A program made the position numbers and the translations under genes. Of a stretch of DNA of 24,668 nt, positions 16,731 through 24,668 are shown one piece after another (the stretch's first letter is position 1; each line of letters opens with the position of its first letter). Source of the stretch: a virus (taxonomy: Duplodnaviria; Caudoviricetes); the IMG/VR virus record IMGVR_UViG_3300028587_000040, positions 1-24,668 of that record. The stretch is one strand, 5' to 3'. Under the pieces are notes generated by a model that was not told the DNA's origin, ran no database searches, and was given only the letters and a program-made list of their open reading frames with translations.

Positions 16731-16794
16731 AAGTTACGGCTAGGTGCGCTACTATAACTACTACTGTAGTAAGGTATCTCTATAGGGGCTTAGG

Positions 16795-17031
16795 CTACTC
16801 TCCATCTCTGGCGTCTAGCGTCCACGTATTCCCTTTGGAATCCGTTACGAATATTGGACCTTCGATCTTTACGCCGTCATCCGGTCTAGTAATCACTAAG
16901 GCACCTTCGAGAATCTTACTCATCCGCTTATACTCTCCGAGCAGCCAACGAAGAGCAACTTCATTTCCTGTCCAACCTGTTTCCACTTTCCGTACCATCT
17001 CTTCCAAATCCGCAAGCATTTCATTCGTCAT
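16795..17031 (-). CDS. Hypothetical protein (78 aa)
   Basis: GGGAG upstream; coupled gene string. Confidence 0.7.
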   Translation of the reverse strand: MTNEMLADLEEMVRKVETGWTGNEVALRWLLGEYKRMSKILEGALVITRPDDGVKIEGPIFVTDSKGNTWTLDARDGE

Positions 17032-17119
17032 GGCTTAGTCTCCCCATAACGAAACCAATCACATAAGCGAATGCGATAGTAAACCAGATCAGCAAATAGG
17101 CTTGGTCAGCATCCGTCAC
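17021..17119 (-). CDS. Small single-TM protein (32 aa; not in track)
   Basis: GTGA overlap with upstream stop; MTDADQAYLLIWFTIAFAYVIGFVMGRLSHDE*. Confidence 0.55.
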   Translation of the reverse strand: MTDADQAYLLIWFTIAFAYVIGFVMGRLSHDE

Positions 17120-17328
17120 GGCACAATCCTTCCCTTACCACGACACCGCGAGCAATCAGCGTCTGACCACTGGCCGCATCCTGTTCCATCGCACTTGGGG
17201 CACTTCGCCGCCGACTCGTAGTGCCGCCTGATGATCGCGGCAACCTCGGCAATCTCTTCCTCCGGCCTGATGCCCTTCGCGTACAACAACGCGTCTCTCG
17301 CCGCCGTGTCGATCCAGTCACTTGCCAT
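17116..17328 (-). CDS. Small protein with DnaJ-type Zn finger (CxxCxGxG twice)
   Basis: GGAGG RBS before ATG 17328; CPKCDGTG...CSRCRGKG. Confidence 0.7.
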   Translation of the reverse strand: MASDWIDTAARDALLYAKGIRPEEEIAEVAAIIRRHYESAAKCPKCDGTGCGQWSDADCSRCRGKGRIVP

Positions 17329-17617
17329 CGGTCCTCCGCTTCCGCTTCGATTCCTCCACCAGCCGGTCCATCGCGGCTTTGTCCGGCATCGTCTTTTCCG
17401 CCAGCCGCCGCAATACCTCGTCCTCCACGGCAGCGGCGGCACGCTCCCACGCTTCCTTCATGTGGTCGGTGACATCGTGTTGCCAGTCCGCCTCGTGGCC
17501 CCATGCGATCGGCGACAATGCTTCAAGGGCAATCTGCCCCAGCGTTTTCTTACTTGTCATCGGTCCCTCGCTTTGCTCCCACCAATACCGTTCTCCGCAG
17601 TCAAGAGGTTTAGCCAT
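17318..17617 (-). CDS. Hypothetical protein
   Basis: Start refined to ATG 17617 (GGAGGG); alternative internal start at MTSKK. Confidence 0.65.
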   Translation of the reverse strand: MAKPLDCGERYWWEQSEGPMTSKKTLGQIALEALSPIAWGHEADWQHDVTDHMKEAWERAAAAVEDEVLRRLAEKTMPDKAAMDRLVEESKRKRRTDGK

Positions 17618-17810
17618 CGGTCCCTCCCAGCAACTCCACCTGCGACGGCGGGCCATAGTTCCACCGCACGTTTTGCACGATCGTTTGCAGCCGACGGAAT
17701 TGCACGCGGAGCCGGTTATCCAAGTGCGGATAAATGTGGCTCAGCACGTCCGGCAGAGTCCGCTCCAGTTCGGCTAGATCGTCCTCGTAAATCTGGAATA
17801 GCTTGCTCAT
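17610..17810 (-). CDS. Hypothetical protein (66 aa)
   Basis: ORF track; overlapping coupling at both ends. Confidence 0.7.
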   Translation of the reverse strand: MSKLFQIYEDDLAELERTLPDVLSHIYPHLDNRLRVQFRRLQTIVQNVRWNYGPPSQVELLGGTDG

Positions 17811-18051
17811 CCCAGCGACTCCAGCAGGGCCGCCTCAGCGGTCTCACGGCTACCTAGTTGATGAACAGAATCGCCGACGCACACGACGTAGTTGCCGCCG
17901 CAATCCCGGTATATCCTGTCCGCAATCAACGCATCCACCAACCGCAGCAGCATTTCCCGGTCGTACTCGGCTTGATTCGGCCCCCCATCCCAAAATCATC
18001 ATGCACTTTAGCCACCCGCCGCCGGATGGCTTCAAGTTCGGTGTGGGTCAT
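17807..18051 (-). pseudogene. Small gene apparently frameshifted at a G6 run
   Basis: MTHTELEAIRRRVAKVHDDFGMG continues in the -1 frame as PNQAEYDREMLLRLVDAL...LESLG*; ATGA overlaps at both ends; span 245 nt. Confidence 0.55.
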
Positions 18052-18284
18052 TTCGCCTCCAGAAACTTGTCGGTAGCCACTATCATTGGGGCTACTTGCA
18101 TTGGTCCACATGAACCTAACGCTTTCCACTCCCGCAACAGCCGCTCCGCTTCCGCGAGCCGGGCATCAACTATCTGCGCTTCGTACAGCATCATTTCGAC
18201 GTGGATTACCATCGTCGGTACGTCGGCGAACTTGGCCATCGTCTCGCCGGTTGTCCTGTGGATAAACTCGAATGGACCATCCAC
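18048..18284 (-). CDS. Hypothetical protein (78 aa)
   Basis: ORF track; coupled string. Confidence 0.65.
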   Translation of the reverse strand: MDGPFEFIHRTTGETMAKFADVPTMVIHVEMMLYEAQIVDARLAEAERLLREWKALGSCGPMQVAPMIVATDKFLEAK

Positions 18285-18288
18285 CCCC

Positions 18289-18489
18289 TCACCCGCCTTT
18301 CTCTGGTTCGGACATTATGTCCATGAACTCTTTGATCTCCGCCTGCGACGGCATTCCAAGTGCGTCAAACAGAAGTAACCGGGCTTCCGTGATCCGCCGC
18401 TTTTGTCCGTCGGTCAAATCGCCTTGGTCGATCTCGTCGCGCAACAACAGGAACGCCCTGACCACCTTCGCTGCGTTTTTAAGATTCAT
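18289..18489 (-). CDS. Hypothetical protein (66 aa)
   Basis: ORF track; coupled string. Confidence 0.65.
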   Translation of the reverse strand: MNLKNAAKVVRAFLLLRDEIDQGDLTDGQKRRITEARLLLFDALGMPSQAEIKEFMDIMSEPEKGG

Positions 18490-18604
18490 TTCGCCGCACC
18501 TTTTTCCGCCTTGGCTTCGCTTCCATTTCGTCGGCCCAGCGGTCGAGCATGAACGCGAAGAACTTGAGGAACATCGCCATCTTGCGGAGCTTAGCTGCCG
18601 TCAC
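18479..18604 (-). CDS. Small basic hypothetical protein (~41 aa)
   Basis: Fills the gap between neighbours; GTG start VTAAKLRKMAMFLKFF...RRKKVRRNES. Confidence 0.4.
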   Translation of the reverse strand: MTAAKLRKMAMFLKFFAFMLDRWADEMEAKPRRKKVRRNES

Positions 18605-18965
18605 GGCGTCCCGCCATTTTCTTTCCGTCGCACCAAGCCGCGTCAACTTCCTTGTAAAGCCGTTTCTCCATCTCGCTGAGCCGACCAAGTGCTGCCAATC
18701 TCTCGTTTCCGCGTCTTTCGCATTCGGCTTCGATGACAGCAAGACGCCGCTCCAACTCCGCGATCCGCTCCACCGCCCCGGCGAAGTGGTTGACGGCGGT
18801 GCAGATGGCTGCGGCGTTTTGCTCGCCTGTCTCATCCCCGTGACGGCGTACCCGATGGGAACAGTCGGCGAGAACCATCCCATCACCAAGCACAACTCCA
18901 TTCGCTGCTGTCCACTCCCCCGGCGTCCGCCTATTTACGATGGCTAACTTTTCCGTGTAATCCAT
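18591..18965 (-). CDS. Ead/Ea22-like phage accessory protein
   Basis: TPGEW...NAAAICTAVN followed by coiled coil RIAELERRL. Confidence 0.55.
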   Translation of the reverse strand: MDYTEKLAIVNRRTPGEWTAANGVVLGDGMVLADCSHRVRRHGDETGEQNAAAICTAVNHFAGAVERIAELERRLAVIEAECERRGNERLAALGRLSEMEKRLYKEVDAAWCDGKKMAGRRDGS

Positions 18966-19032
18966 GTAATACCCGTAACCTAAAGCCTTACCCCAACCTA
19001 TAGCTTAGCTTATAAACCCTCTAGCTGGCCAC

Positions 19033-19092
19033 AGGCTTGGTTTTAACCGACCGGGGTGGGTACTAGCCCACCCCCACCTAACGACCAAGCCT
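19033..19092. other. Nested inverted repeat (hairpin) downstream of the primase-helicase gene
   Basis: AGGCTTGGT(19033-41)/ACCAAGCCT(19084-92) enclosing GGGGTGGG-tactag-CCCACCCC (19053-74). Confidence 0.55.
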
Positions 19093-19134
19093 AGCCCAAA
19101 GGGATCCCATAGAATCTTTCGGGTGGGGCGAACT

Positions 19135-21405
19135 CTAAGTACCGCTGAGGGCGTCCGCAGTGACCATTTCGTAAAGGCTACGGATCCGCTTAGTGAGCCT
19201 CCAACGAATCCTGCGCTTTGGTGGGGTGGTCTCGAACCGTTCCAGGCAACCGATTTGCTTCATAAAGCGGAGCATCTTCCGGCACTCCGTTGTTTCCAGA
19301 TTGCACCGGATTTCGATTCCATCCGTTTCGGCTCCATCCTCTCCCCACTTATGAAGGTAGCGGATAATATTCATCCCGGTGCCCCGAGCGGTATCCAGGG
19401 CCACTTTGGTCACTCGGGCCATCACCTCGTCCGTGACCGTGGAGTGATTGAGGATCACGGCGAGGCACTTTGCCAAACGGACCATCTGGCTGACCAACCG
19501 AGTACCAAACTCTCGCTCCGCCGACTCTTCTTGCTTGATCGAAGGCCTGGCCCGCATATAAGCCACGAACTTCCCCAAGCGAATGCACCGTTCGATCTGG
19601 TCCATTGGCATCACCACCTTGGAGAGAAGGTAGCCTGCCCGACTGACAATCTTGGATCGGTCCTCCAGGCGTAGGTCCGTATTCTCACAAAGGTATTCGA
19701 GATAGCCTCCCGTCAAGGCCATCGCTTCCGCCAACTCTTCGCCGTACTGACTACGTGGGTCGCCGTTGCATTCGATCCCTACGTCCCGTTCCGCCCGGAG
19801 TGCCTTACGGATCAGAATCTCGTCCTCCAGGTCCGGGTCGATGGCCTCCATAATCACGCAGTCAATAAACCGCTCGCCGAGTTCCGAGGCGTCAATGGAC
19901 CGTAGCGAACTCGTACCGCAAAGGATCCACGTCATCCGGACCCCTTGGTAGTCCTTCGACGCTTTATTGCGGTAGTGCGTCCGGCTGGTGCTGTCGTACA
20001 GGTCTCGGGCTTCGGAGAGGATTTGGCCAAGGTTCGGTGACTGTAGGAGCGTATCCCCGTCCTTCGTCACCAAGGTTTTGTTGTACAGCATACTGATGAG
20101 GCTATTGTCCTCGGCGTCATTACTGGAAGTCTTGAAGCCACTGTGGAATCCACGGATCGTTGACTTGGCTAAGACTCGATTCTTGTTAACACTCAGAGCT
20201 TCACACAAGGTGGACTTCCCGCAGGCCGCAGGGCCAATGACCTTGATCCATAGCTGGTCGCCAATACTCCTTGTGGAAATCGCACTAGCGAGCATGACGG
20301 CCAAGGCATGATCCAGCCCATCAATCCACTTCATTGCTTTACGCCAGGCGGTCGTCAGCTCCTTATAGGTCTTGCATTCCTTGCACTGGATTTCATTCGG
20401 TTCCTTCTCTTTGGTCACCACTTTTCCTCTCTTTACGGTGTTCCACCACTCCTTGGGAACCTCCTCAACTCGATCGAGTAGCAATTGAAGTTGAGCTAGT
20501 TTATTTTCGCCTAGCTGGAGGAAGTCACGAACGTCACATCCATCGGGGAACTCCTCATTATACCCGGCGGCTCCGCCCCAGTTGAGATAGCGGATTTCCG
20601 CTGGTGGTCGATTCGATGAACTGAGAATCGCGGCGGTCCTCTTCATACCAAAGAAACCGGGTGATTCAATCACCGCTCCAGTTTGCGGATTCTTCTTGGG
20701 ATAGTCATTGTCGTACATCAGACAAACGATCTTATCCGAAAAGAGCCTAGCCCACTTCTCCATAAAGGTGTAACAACCGGGAACCGCAATGATATTCGCC
20801 TCGGCAAGGAGGCTGTGCTCCATTTGACTGGTTCCGGTGAGTCGTCCCTCCAGCCGTTTGGTCTTACTCAGCACCTCCCACAACGCCATCGCGTCCCACG
20901 GCCCTTCACACAAGTAAATGATGGGCTTGGAGTCTTCGAATAGGTTCAGTCCGTGCAACTGCTGCTCCATCGTTGGGGTAGCAAGCAGCTTGAATTTGTC
21001 AGTCTTGCGATCTTTGACGTAGCGGTAGAGTTGACCGATGTCCCGGCTGAAGGCGTAGTATCCGGGGACAATCGGATCGCGGGTGGTGTGAGACGTGGCT
21101 ACTTTCCAGGCGTGGAGCGTTGCGAGATCAATCCGGCGGTGCTTCGCTAACTCGGGGAGACCATGACCATTACTATTCTCGTGCAACTTACGGAGGAAGA
21201 TCTCCGCGTTCCCTCCACCATTCTTATTTCCGGTCGCACAGACTTTGCACTGGTACTCTCCTGTCTCCAGCGAAACATAGAACTTATTCTTCGCACAAAA
21301 CGGGCACTCTCCTACAGCTTCCGTTGCACCGTCGCGATAGGTAAGGTCAACTCCATGAAATAGGTAGGGACGGATGGCTTGTGGCTCGGTCGTAACCTGA
21401 GGCAT
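19135..21405 (-). CDS. Primase-helicase (Zn ribbon + Toprim + AAA+/MCM-like helicase + probable wHTH)
   Basis: CPFC...CKVC, YLCEGPWDAMAL, MYDND, GPAACGKSTL, RARP...TRLVSQMVRLA. Confidence 0.88.
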   Translation of the reverse strand: MPQVTTEPQAIRPYLFHGVDLTYRDGATEAVGECPFCAKNKFYVSLETGEYQCKVCATGNKNGGGNAEIFLRKLHENSNGHGLPELAKHRRIDLATLHAWKVATSHTTRDPIVPGYYAFSRDIGQLYRYVKDRKTDKFKLLATPTMEQQLHGLNLFEDSKPIIYLCEGPWDAMALWEVLSKTKRLEGRLTGTSQMEHSLLAEANIIAVPGCYTFMEKWARLFSDKIVCLMYDNDYPKKNPQTGAVIESPGFFGMKRTAAILSSSNRPPAEIRYLNWGGAAGYNEEFPDGCDVRDFLQLGENKLAQLQLLLDRVEEVPKEWWNTVKRGKVVTKEKEPNEIQCKECKTYKELTTAWRKAMKWIDGLDHALAVMLASAISTRSIGDQLWIKVIGPAACGKSTLCEALSVNKNRVLAKSTIRGFHSGFKTSSNDAEDNSLISMLYNKTLVTKDGDTLLQSPNLGQILSEARDLYDSTSRTHYRNKASKDYQGVRMTWILCGTSSLRSIDASELGERFIDCVIMEAIDPDLEDEILIRKALRAERDVGIECNGDPRSQYGEELAEAMALTGGYLEYLCENTDLRLEDRSKIVSRAGYLLSKVVMPMDQIERCIRLGKFVAYMRARPSIKQEESAEREFGTRLVSQMVRLAKCLAVILNHSTVTDEVMARVTKVALDTARGTGMNIIRYLHKWGEDGAETDGIEIRCNLETTECRKMLRFMKQIGCLERFETTPPKRRIRWRLTKRIRSLYEMVTADALSGT

Positions 21406-21454
21406 CTTCTAATTCCTTGATTCTACGACTTGGGTTACGGCTGCGTGCAGTAGG

Positions 21455-21952
21455 CTAGTCACAGATATCGGTGTTGCGTCTACGTACCTCCTCATCTGCC
21501 GCTCGTCGCTTGGCTACTCGTTCCTTGACATCTAGGTAATCCGCTAGTGGTCCTTCTCCTTCGATGGCCTTCCTTTCTGCTATTCGGTCACGGTTCTCAC
21601 GCTTACAAGCGGTATCGCTATACGCCTCTGGGAAGCGTACCTTCAGCTTGCGGTTATTCGCAGCTAGGACTTCACCGAAGTCTAGACCCAGAGCATTGCA
21701 AGCCTCAGCAATACGCCAACAACAATCTCCTAGCTCCTCCTTCATCTTGAGTACGTCGAGGTCTTGTCCGTAGTAAATCCAGTTCTCGATGAGGGATAGC
21801 ACTTCACCTGCTTCCGCCGCAAGGCCGATTGCCGCATGCTCCAGGCGGGTTGCAGTACGCTTTGGATCGTCTAGGTCAGCACGTCGTCTACTAGCCTTGT
21901 CCTGATCACACTCAGTACGCTCGGCCTGCTTTTGATAATCCGTTGGGTTCAT
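21455..21952 (-). CDS. mazG: MazG-like nucleotide pyrophosphohydrolase
   Basis: YQKQAERT...GLAAEAGEV...EELGDCCW...NNRKLKVRFP; TGATG overlap at 21952. Confidence 0.88.
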   Translation of the reverse strand: MNPTDYQKQAERTECDQDKASRRRADLDDPKRTATRLEHAAIGLAAEAGEVLSLIENWIYYGQDLDVLKMKEELGDCCWRIAEACNALGLDFGEVLAANNRKLKVRFPEAYSDTACKRENRDRIAERKAIEGEGPLADYLDVKERVAKRRAADEEVRRRNTDICD

Positions 21953-22506
21953 CAGTACATCCTTACTTCCCACACGACCGTGTTCCGATTCGGTATTGTG
22001 CCCCAGCAGCAGCCATAGGTGCTAAACTCAATTACGTGTCCCTCATAGCGTTCCAAAAGAATCTGCATCCAATCAAAGCTGCTAGGGTCAAGAAAGAACT
22101 TGAGGGTTTCCAGAGCTAGTATACCGCTGATTTGCTTGGCGTTTTCGCGTAAGGCATCACGCATCGGTTTCGCTACTTGCGTATAGAAAAGTTCAATTCC
22201 GTTGACGCTTTGGATCACCTCGCCTTGTAAAACCGTTTTCTCCGTAGGTGCCATCGCCGCGAAGTAGAGTTGACTACCTGGGATACCCATTAAAGTTATG
22301 TCACGGTAAGTAACCTCAACTAACTCCGCTGGAATGTCATACCAGGTAGGCCCACCGGCAACCCGGTTGCGAATATGGATCAGTCCCTTACAACCGTCGT
22401 CTAGGAAGTCGCCTATTGTATCCCACATCGGACCACGGTTGCCGAATTCACCAGTCCTGAATCTATTGACGAAGGAACGCTTTGTTAAGACAGGAGGATA
22501 GTTCAC
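21952..22506 (-). CDS. Hypothetical protein, possible ATP-grasp-like fold
   Basis: GTGA-coupled start at 22506; C-terminal VIEFS...VVWEVR resembles ATP-grasp terminal strands. Confidence 0.55.
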   Translation of the reverse strand: MNYPPVLTKRSFVNRFRTGEFGNRGPMWDTIGDFLDDGCKGLIHIRNRVAGGPTWYDIPAELVEVTYRDITLMGIPGSQLYFAAMAPTEKTVLQGEVIQSVNGIELFYTQVAKPMRDALRENAKQISGILALETLKFFLDPSSFDWMQILLERYEGHVIEFSTYGCCWGTIPNRNTVVWEVRMY

Positions 22507-22670
22507 AGGCTGAACCTCGGCGTACCGTTCGAGAGAATGAACACTTTGAGCAACTCCATCGCTTGAGCTTCCGTAAAGCCTTCGGCGATGCACTTGTCGT
22601 ACAATGCCTTCCATAGCGGTGGAAACATATCAGAGAGTGCCGTACTGCTCTGCTCCCAGTTGAAATTCAT
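22503..22670 (-). CDS. Small hypothetical protein (55 aa; not in track)
   Basis: AAGGAG RBS; ATGA and GTGA overlaps; MNFNWEQSSTALSDMFPPLWKALYDKCIAEGFTEAQAMELLKVFILSNGTPRFSL*. Confidence 0.7.
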   Translation of the reverse strand: MNFNWEQSSTALSDMFPPLWKALYDKCIAEGFTEAQAMELLKVFILSNGTPRFSL

Positions 22671-23845
22671 ACCTTCTCCTTACCGAATCCATGTTTCTCT
22701 GCCCAAGCTGCATGACGCTTACTAATCCAGCATCTAGCGGCATGTTTCCAATCCGATTCTGGAGTGACGTTAAGGACTGCATGTGCCTCATCGTACTTCC
22801 GGTTCTTATGGTGATGAAAGGCGATGCACAACGGCTGAGCAATCTCATATAGGAACTGGGATTTATACCGTCCCGCGAAGGCATCCTTGCTATGCCGCTC
22901 TACGAACTCCTCGATCTCAGCGTCTTCAGCGTCGAATCCTATCCCTCCAATAGACGATGTCAACTCCTTAATCTCTGGCCTACTATCGAGCCATTCCTCA
23001 GGCTTCCAGTTCTCCGTATAGACGTGCATGTTATTGGTGAACTGGTTATAGACGCCGACTTCACAGCCGATAGCTCTCGCCATATACTCCTGAAGGATCG
23101 AGAAGTGGACGACGTTCGCTCCCAGCATTCCAAGGATGAGATCATTCGACCGATTGCACACCGTCATGTCTAGGCACCGCTTTGGATGCCCTTCTACTTC
23201 AGCTAAAGCCGCTTGCTGATTCGTAGCATCGTCTATCCAAAGTTCACGGATTGAGAAGTAGACACAAGTATTGCAGCAGACATCTTTCGACGTGTCAATC
23301 TTGAGCAGATCGTCTTCGACGTTCCACATCTGGAGTACCGCTCGACGACTGCCGGGATTCGCTTTGAGGTGGTCGATGAGGATTCGGAGTTGATCGGCGT
23401 TCTCTGCTCCTTCAATTGTCCCTTTACCAGCAAACTCTCCTTCTGTAATAGGCTTAGAGGTTTCGTAGGGGTTGTTCCTCCACCGATACCCGTAGGCTCC
23501 GTTGGCATACGGAGAATCGCCGTCCTTCACGAACTTGCTATAGCCACCGGAGTAGTAATCCAGCGGAGCGATGTCGTTCCGGCCCGCAAGCATCCAGAGT
23601 GCTTCATACAAGTGAAAGAATGGATTCGCGTCCCTTGCCTGGTTGAACAGGACTCGTTCCTTCGGATGAGTAAAGGTAATCGTCATCGGTTCTTCGACCA
23701 TAAGCACGTCGCCTACACGACTTGGCTTGCGGACGGTAGGTATAAGTGGGGGGTCGCCGAATCCTCTCATCACGCTGGTTCCTAAGCGTATCCCCTTAAC
23801 CAAACCGTGGAAGGCGTCGTTGACGTTGCGGTAGGTTAGGTGCAT
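22667..23845 (-). CDS. Thymidylate-synthase-fold pyrimidine modifier, probable dUMP hydroxymethylase
   Basis: RDANPFFHLYEALWMLAGRND, GAYGYRWR, SRRAV, KDVCCN (catalytic Cys), RSND..LGAN, NMHVY; start refined to ATG 23845. Confidence 0.88.
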   Translation of the reverse strand: MHLTYRNVNDAFHGLVKGIRLGTSVMRGFGDPPLIPTVRKPSRVGDVLMVEEPMTITFTHPKERVLFNQARDANPFFHLYEALWMLAGRNDIAPLDYYSGGYSKFVKDGDSPYANGAYGYRWRNNPYETSKPITEGEFAGKGTIEGAENADQLRILIDHLKANPGSRRAVLQMWNVEDDLLKIDTSKDVCCNTCVYFSIRELWIDDATNQQAALAEVEGHPKRCLDMTVCNRSNDLILGMLGANVVHFSILQEYMARAIGCEVGVYNQFTNNMHVYTENWKPEEWLDSRPEIKELTSSIGGIGFDAEDAEIEEFVERHSKDAFAGRYKSQFLYEIAQPLCIAFHHHKNRKYDEAHAVLNVTPESDWKHAARCWISKRHAAWAEKHGFGKEKV

Positions 23846-23846
23846 C

Positions 23847-24062
23847 TTACATATCCCTTTTCTTGCTATGGACTCTTTCAATCTCATGTTGGACTAGAAT
23901 CTCATCGACGATTGCCGCAAGCTGTAGGACAGATTTGAATACGGTAATCTGCCTTTCTGAGTATACCATACCGTCGAGTTTCATGTTGTAGGTTACGGTG
24001 GCTACCTCGTTGTTGATGAGACGAATCTGCCGCCGCATTTCTTCAATGTCATCGAGGTCCAC
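23847..24062 (-). CDS. Hypothetical protein (71 aa)
   Basis: GGAG RBS before GTG 24062 (VDLDDIEEMRRQ). Confidence 0.65.
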   Translation of the reverse strand: MDLDDIEEMRRQIRLINNEVATVTYNMKLDGMVYSERQITVFKSVLQLAAIVDEILVQHEIERVHSKKRDM

Positions 24063-24603
24063 AAATAGTCTCCAATCTGTCCTTAACGTAATGAAGGGAA
24101 TCATCGGCGAATGGCCAACGGTTATTGTGCAGCGTCGGGAAGACAATCCCGTACCCACCGCTGCCCGTAAAGTCGTGAATGTTCTGCTCACGGTCATCGA
24201 TCAGTATGACGTTGTGGCAGGCAAAGACATGCTTGTGCGGAGTTAGGGCGAAGCGGTCGAACGACTGACCGAAGAACCACTTGAGCCACTTGACCTTGCC
24301 GGTATAGCTCTCCACCAACTGCGACGGAGAACTGACAACGTGCCAGTCCTTGGAATACTGTTCGACTAGCTCGATGAGGGCCTTCGCCCAAGGCAGCGGT
24401 TCCAGGTCGATCCAGAACTTCTCGCCGAGAGCGTGGATCGGCCGCCAGAACTCGTCGCCTTCGTTGATCTCCATCGCCTTGGCCATATGCCAGTCCCCCT
24501 TCCGGTGAACGGCGTATAGCTGAGCCTTTGTCCAGCCGTGGGCTCGCAAACACCCGCCCACAAAGTCGGCTAACACTTCGTCCAAGTCCAGTAGGATCCG
24601 CAC
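24049..24603 (-). CDS. HAD-family 5'(3')-deoxyribonucleotidase (NT5C-like)
   Basis: ILLDLDEVLADF, VVSSP, KVKWL, LIDD; alternative start ATG 24630. Confidence 0.88.
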   Translation of the reverse strand: MRILLDLDEVLADFVGGCLRAHGWTKAQLYAVHRKGDWHMAKAMEINEGDEFWRPIHALGEKFWIDLEPLPWAKALIELVEQYSKDWHVVSSPSQLVESYTGKVKWLKWFFGQSFDRFALTPHKHVFACHNVILIDDREQNIHDFTGSGGYGIVFPTLHNNRWPFADDSLHYVKDRLETICGPR

Positions 24604-24668
24604 TTCTCGCTTCCCCCTTCCTCGCCGCATACACGGCGTGCTTACCCTGCCTGCCCAGCCCCCTAGCC

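Noticed and set aside
17221-23785. Plus-strand ORFs across the accessory and replication region
   Set aside because: They are antisense to a continuous, translationally coupled minus-strand gene string and show no motifs.
22667-23845. Canonical thyA or dCMP hydroxymethylase
   Set aside because: It lacks the PCH motif of ThyA and has Asn rather than Asp at the specificity position; canonical TS activity is not fully excluded.
1-24668. tRNA, rRNA, integrase or transposase genes
   Set aside because: None recognised; intergenic gaps are short.

Overview
A fragment of a tailed dsDNA phage or prophage genome, with every supportable gene on the minus strand. Reading right to left: a nucleotide-modification cluster (HAD 5'-nucleotidase, thymidylate-synthase-fold dUMP hydroxymethylase-like protein, ATP-grasp-like protein, MazG), a primase-helicase, tightly coupled small accessory genes, an extended -10 promoter, two Tat-signal-like proteins, TerS, TerL, a 1131-aa portal fused to a zeta-toxin-like kinase, and several small head-region genes. 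The ORF track misses the largest gene. Manual translation gives one uninterrupted minus-strand frame from ATG 6348 off the left edge (>2116 aa). It is a MuF/SPP1-gp7 minor head protein whose core is split by, and followed by, at least 8 cargo modules: 3 His-type ART-like, 1 R-S-E ART, GNAT, papain/transglutaminase-like, a membrane-hairpin module and an unknown. Each module begins with a short Asn-Cys/Gly tag (NVFCxTGxGGGxxxxC or NCGGxGxxPGPCP). There are 13 tag copies in 5 genes: 9 in MuF, 1 in the portal, and 1 at Asn20 of each of three small proteins. This suggests a virion cargo system released by Asn-specific head-maturation proteolysis. Domain calls come from motif recognition only; no database searches were run.
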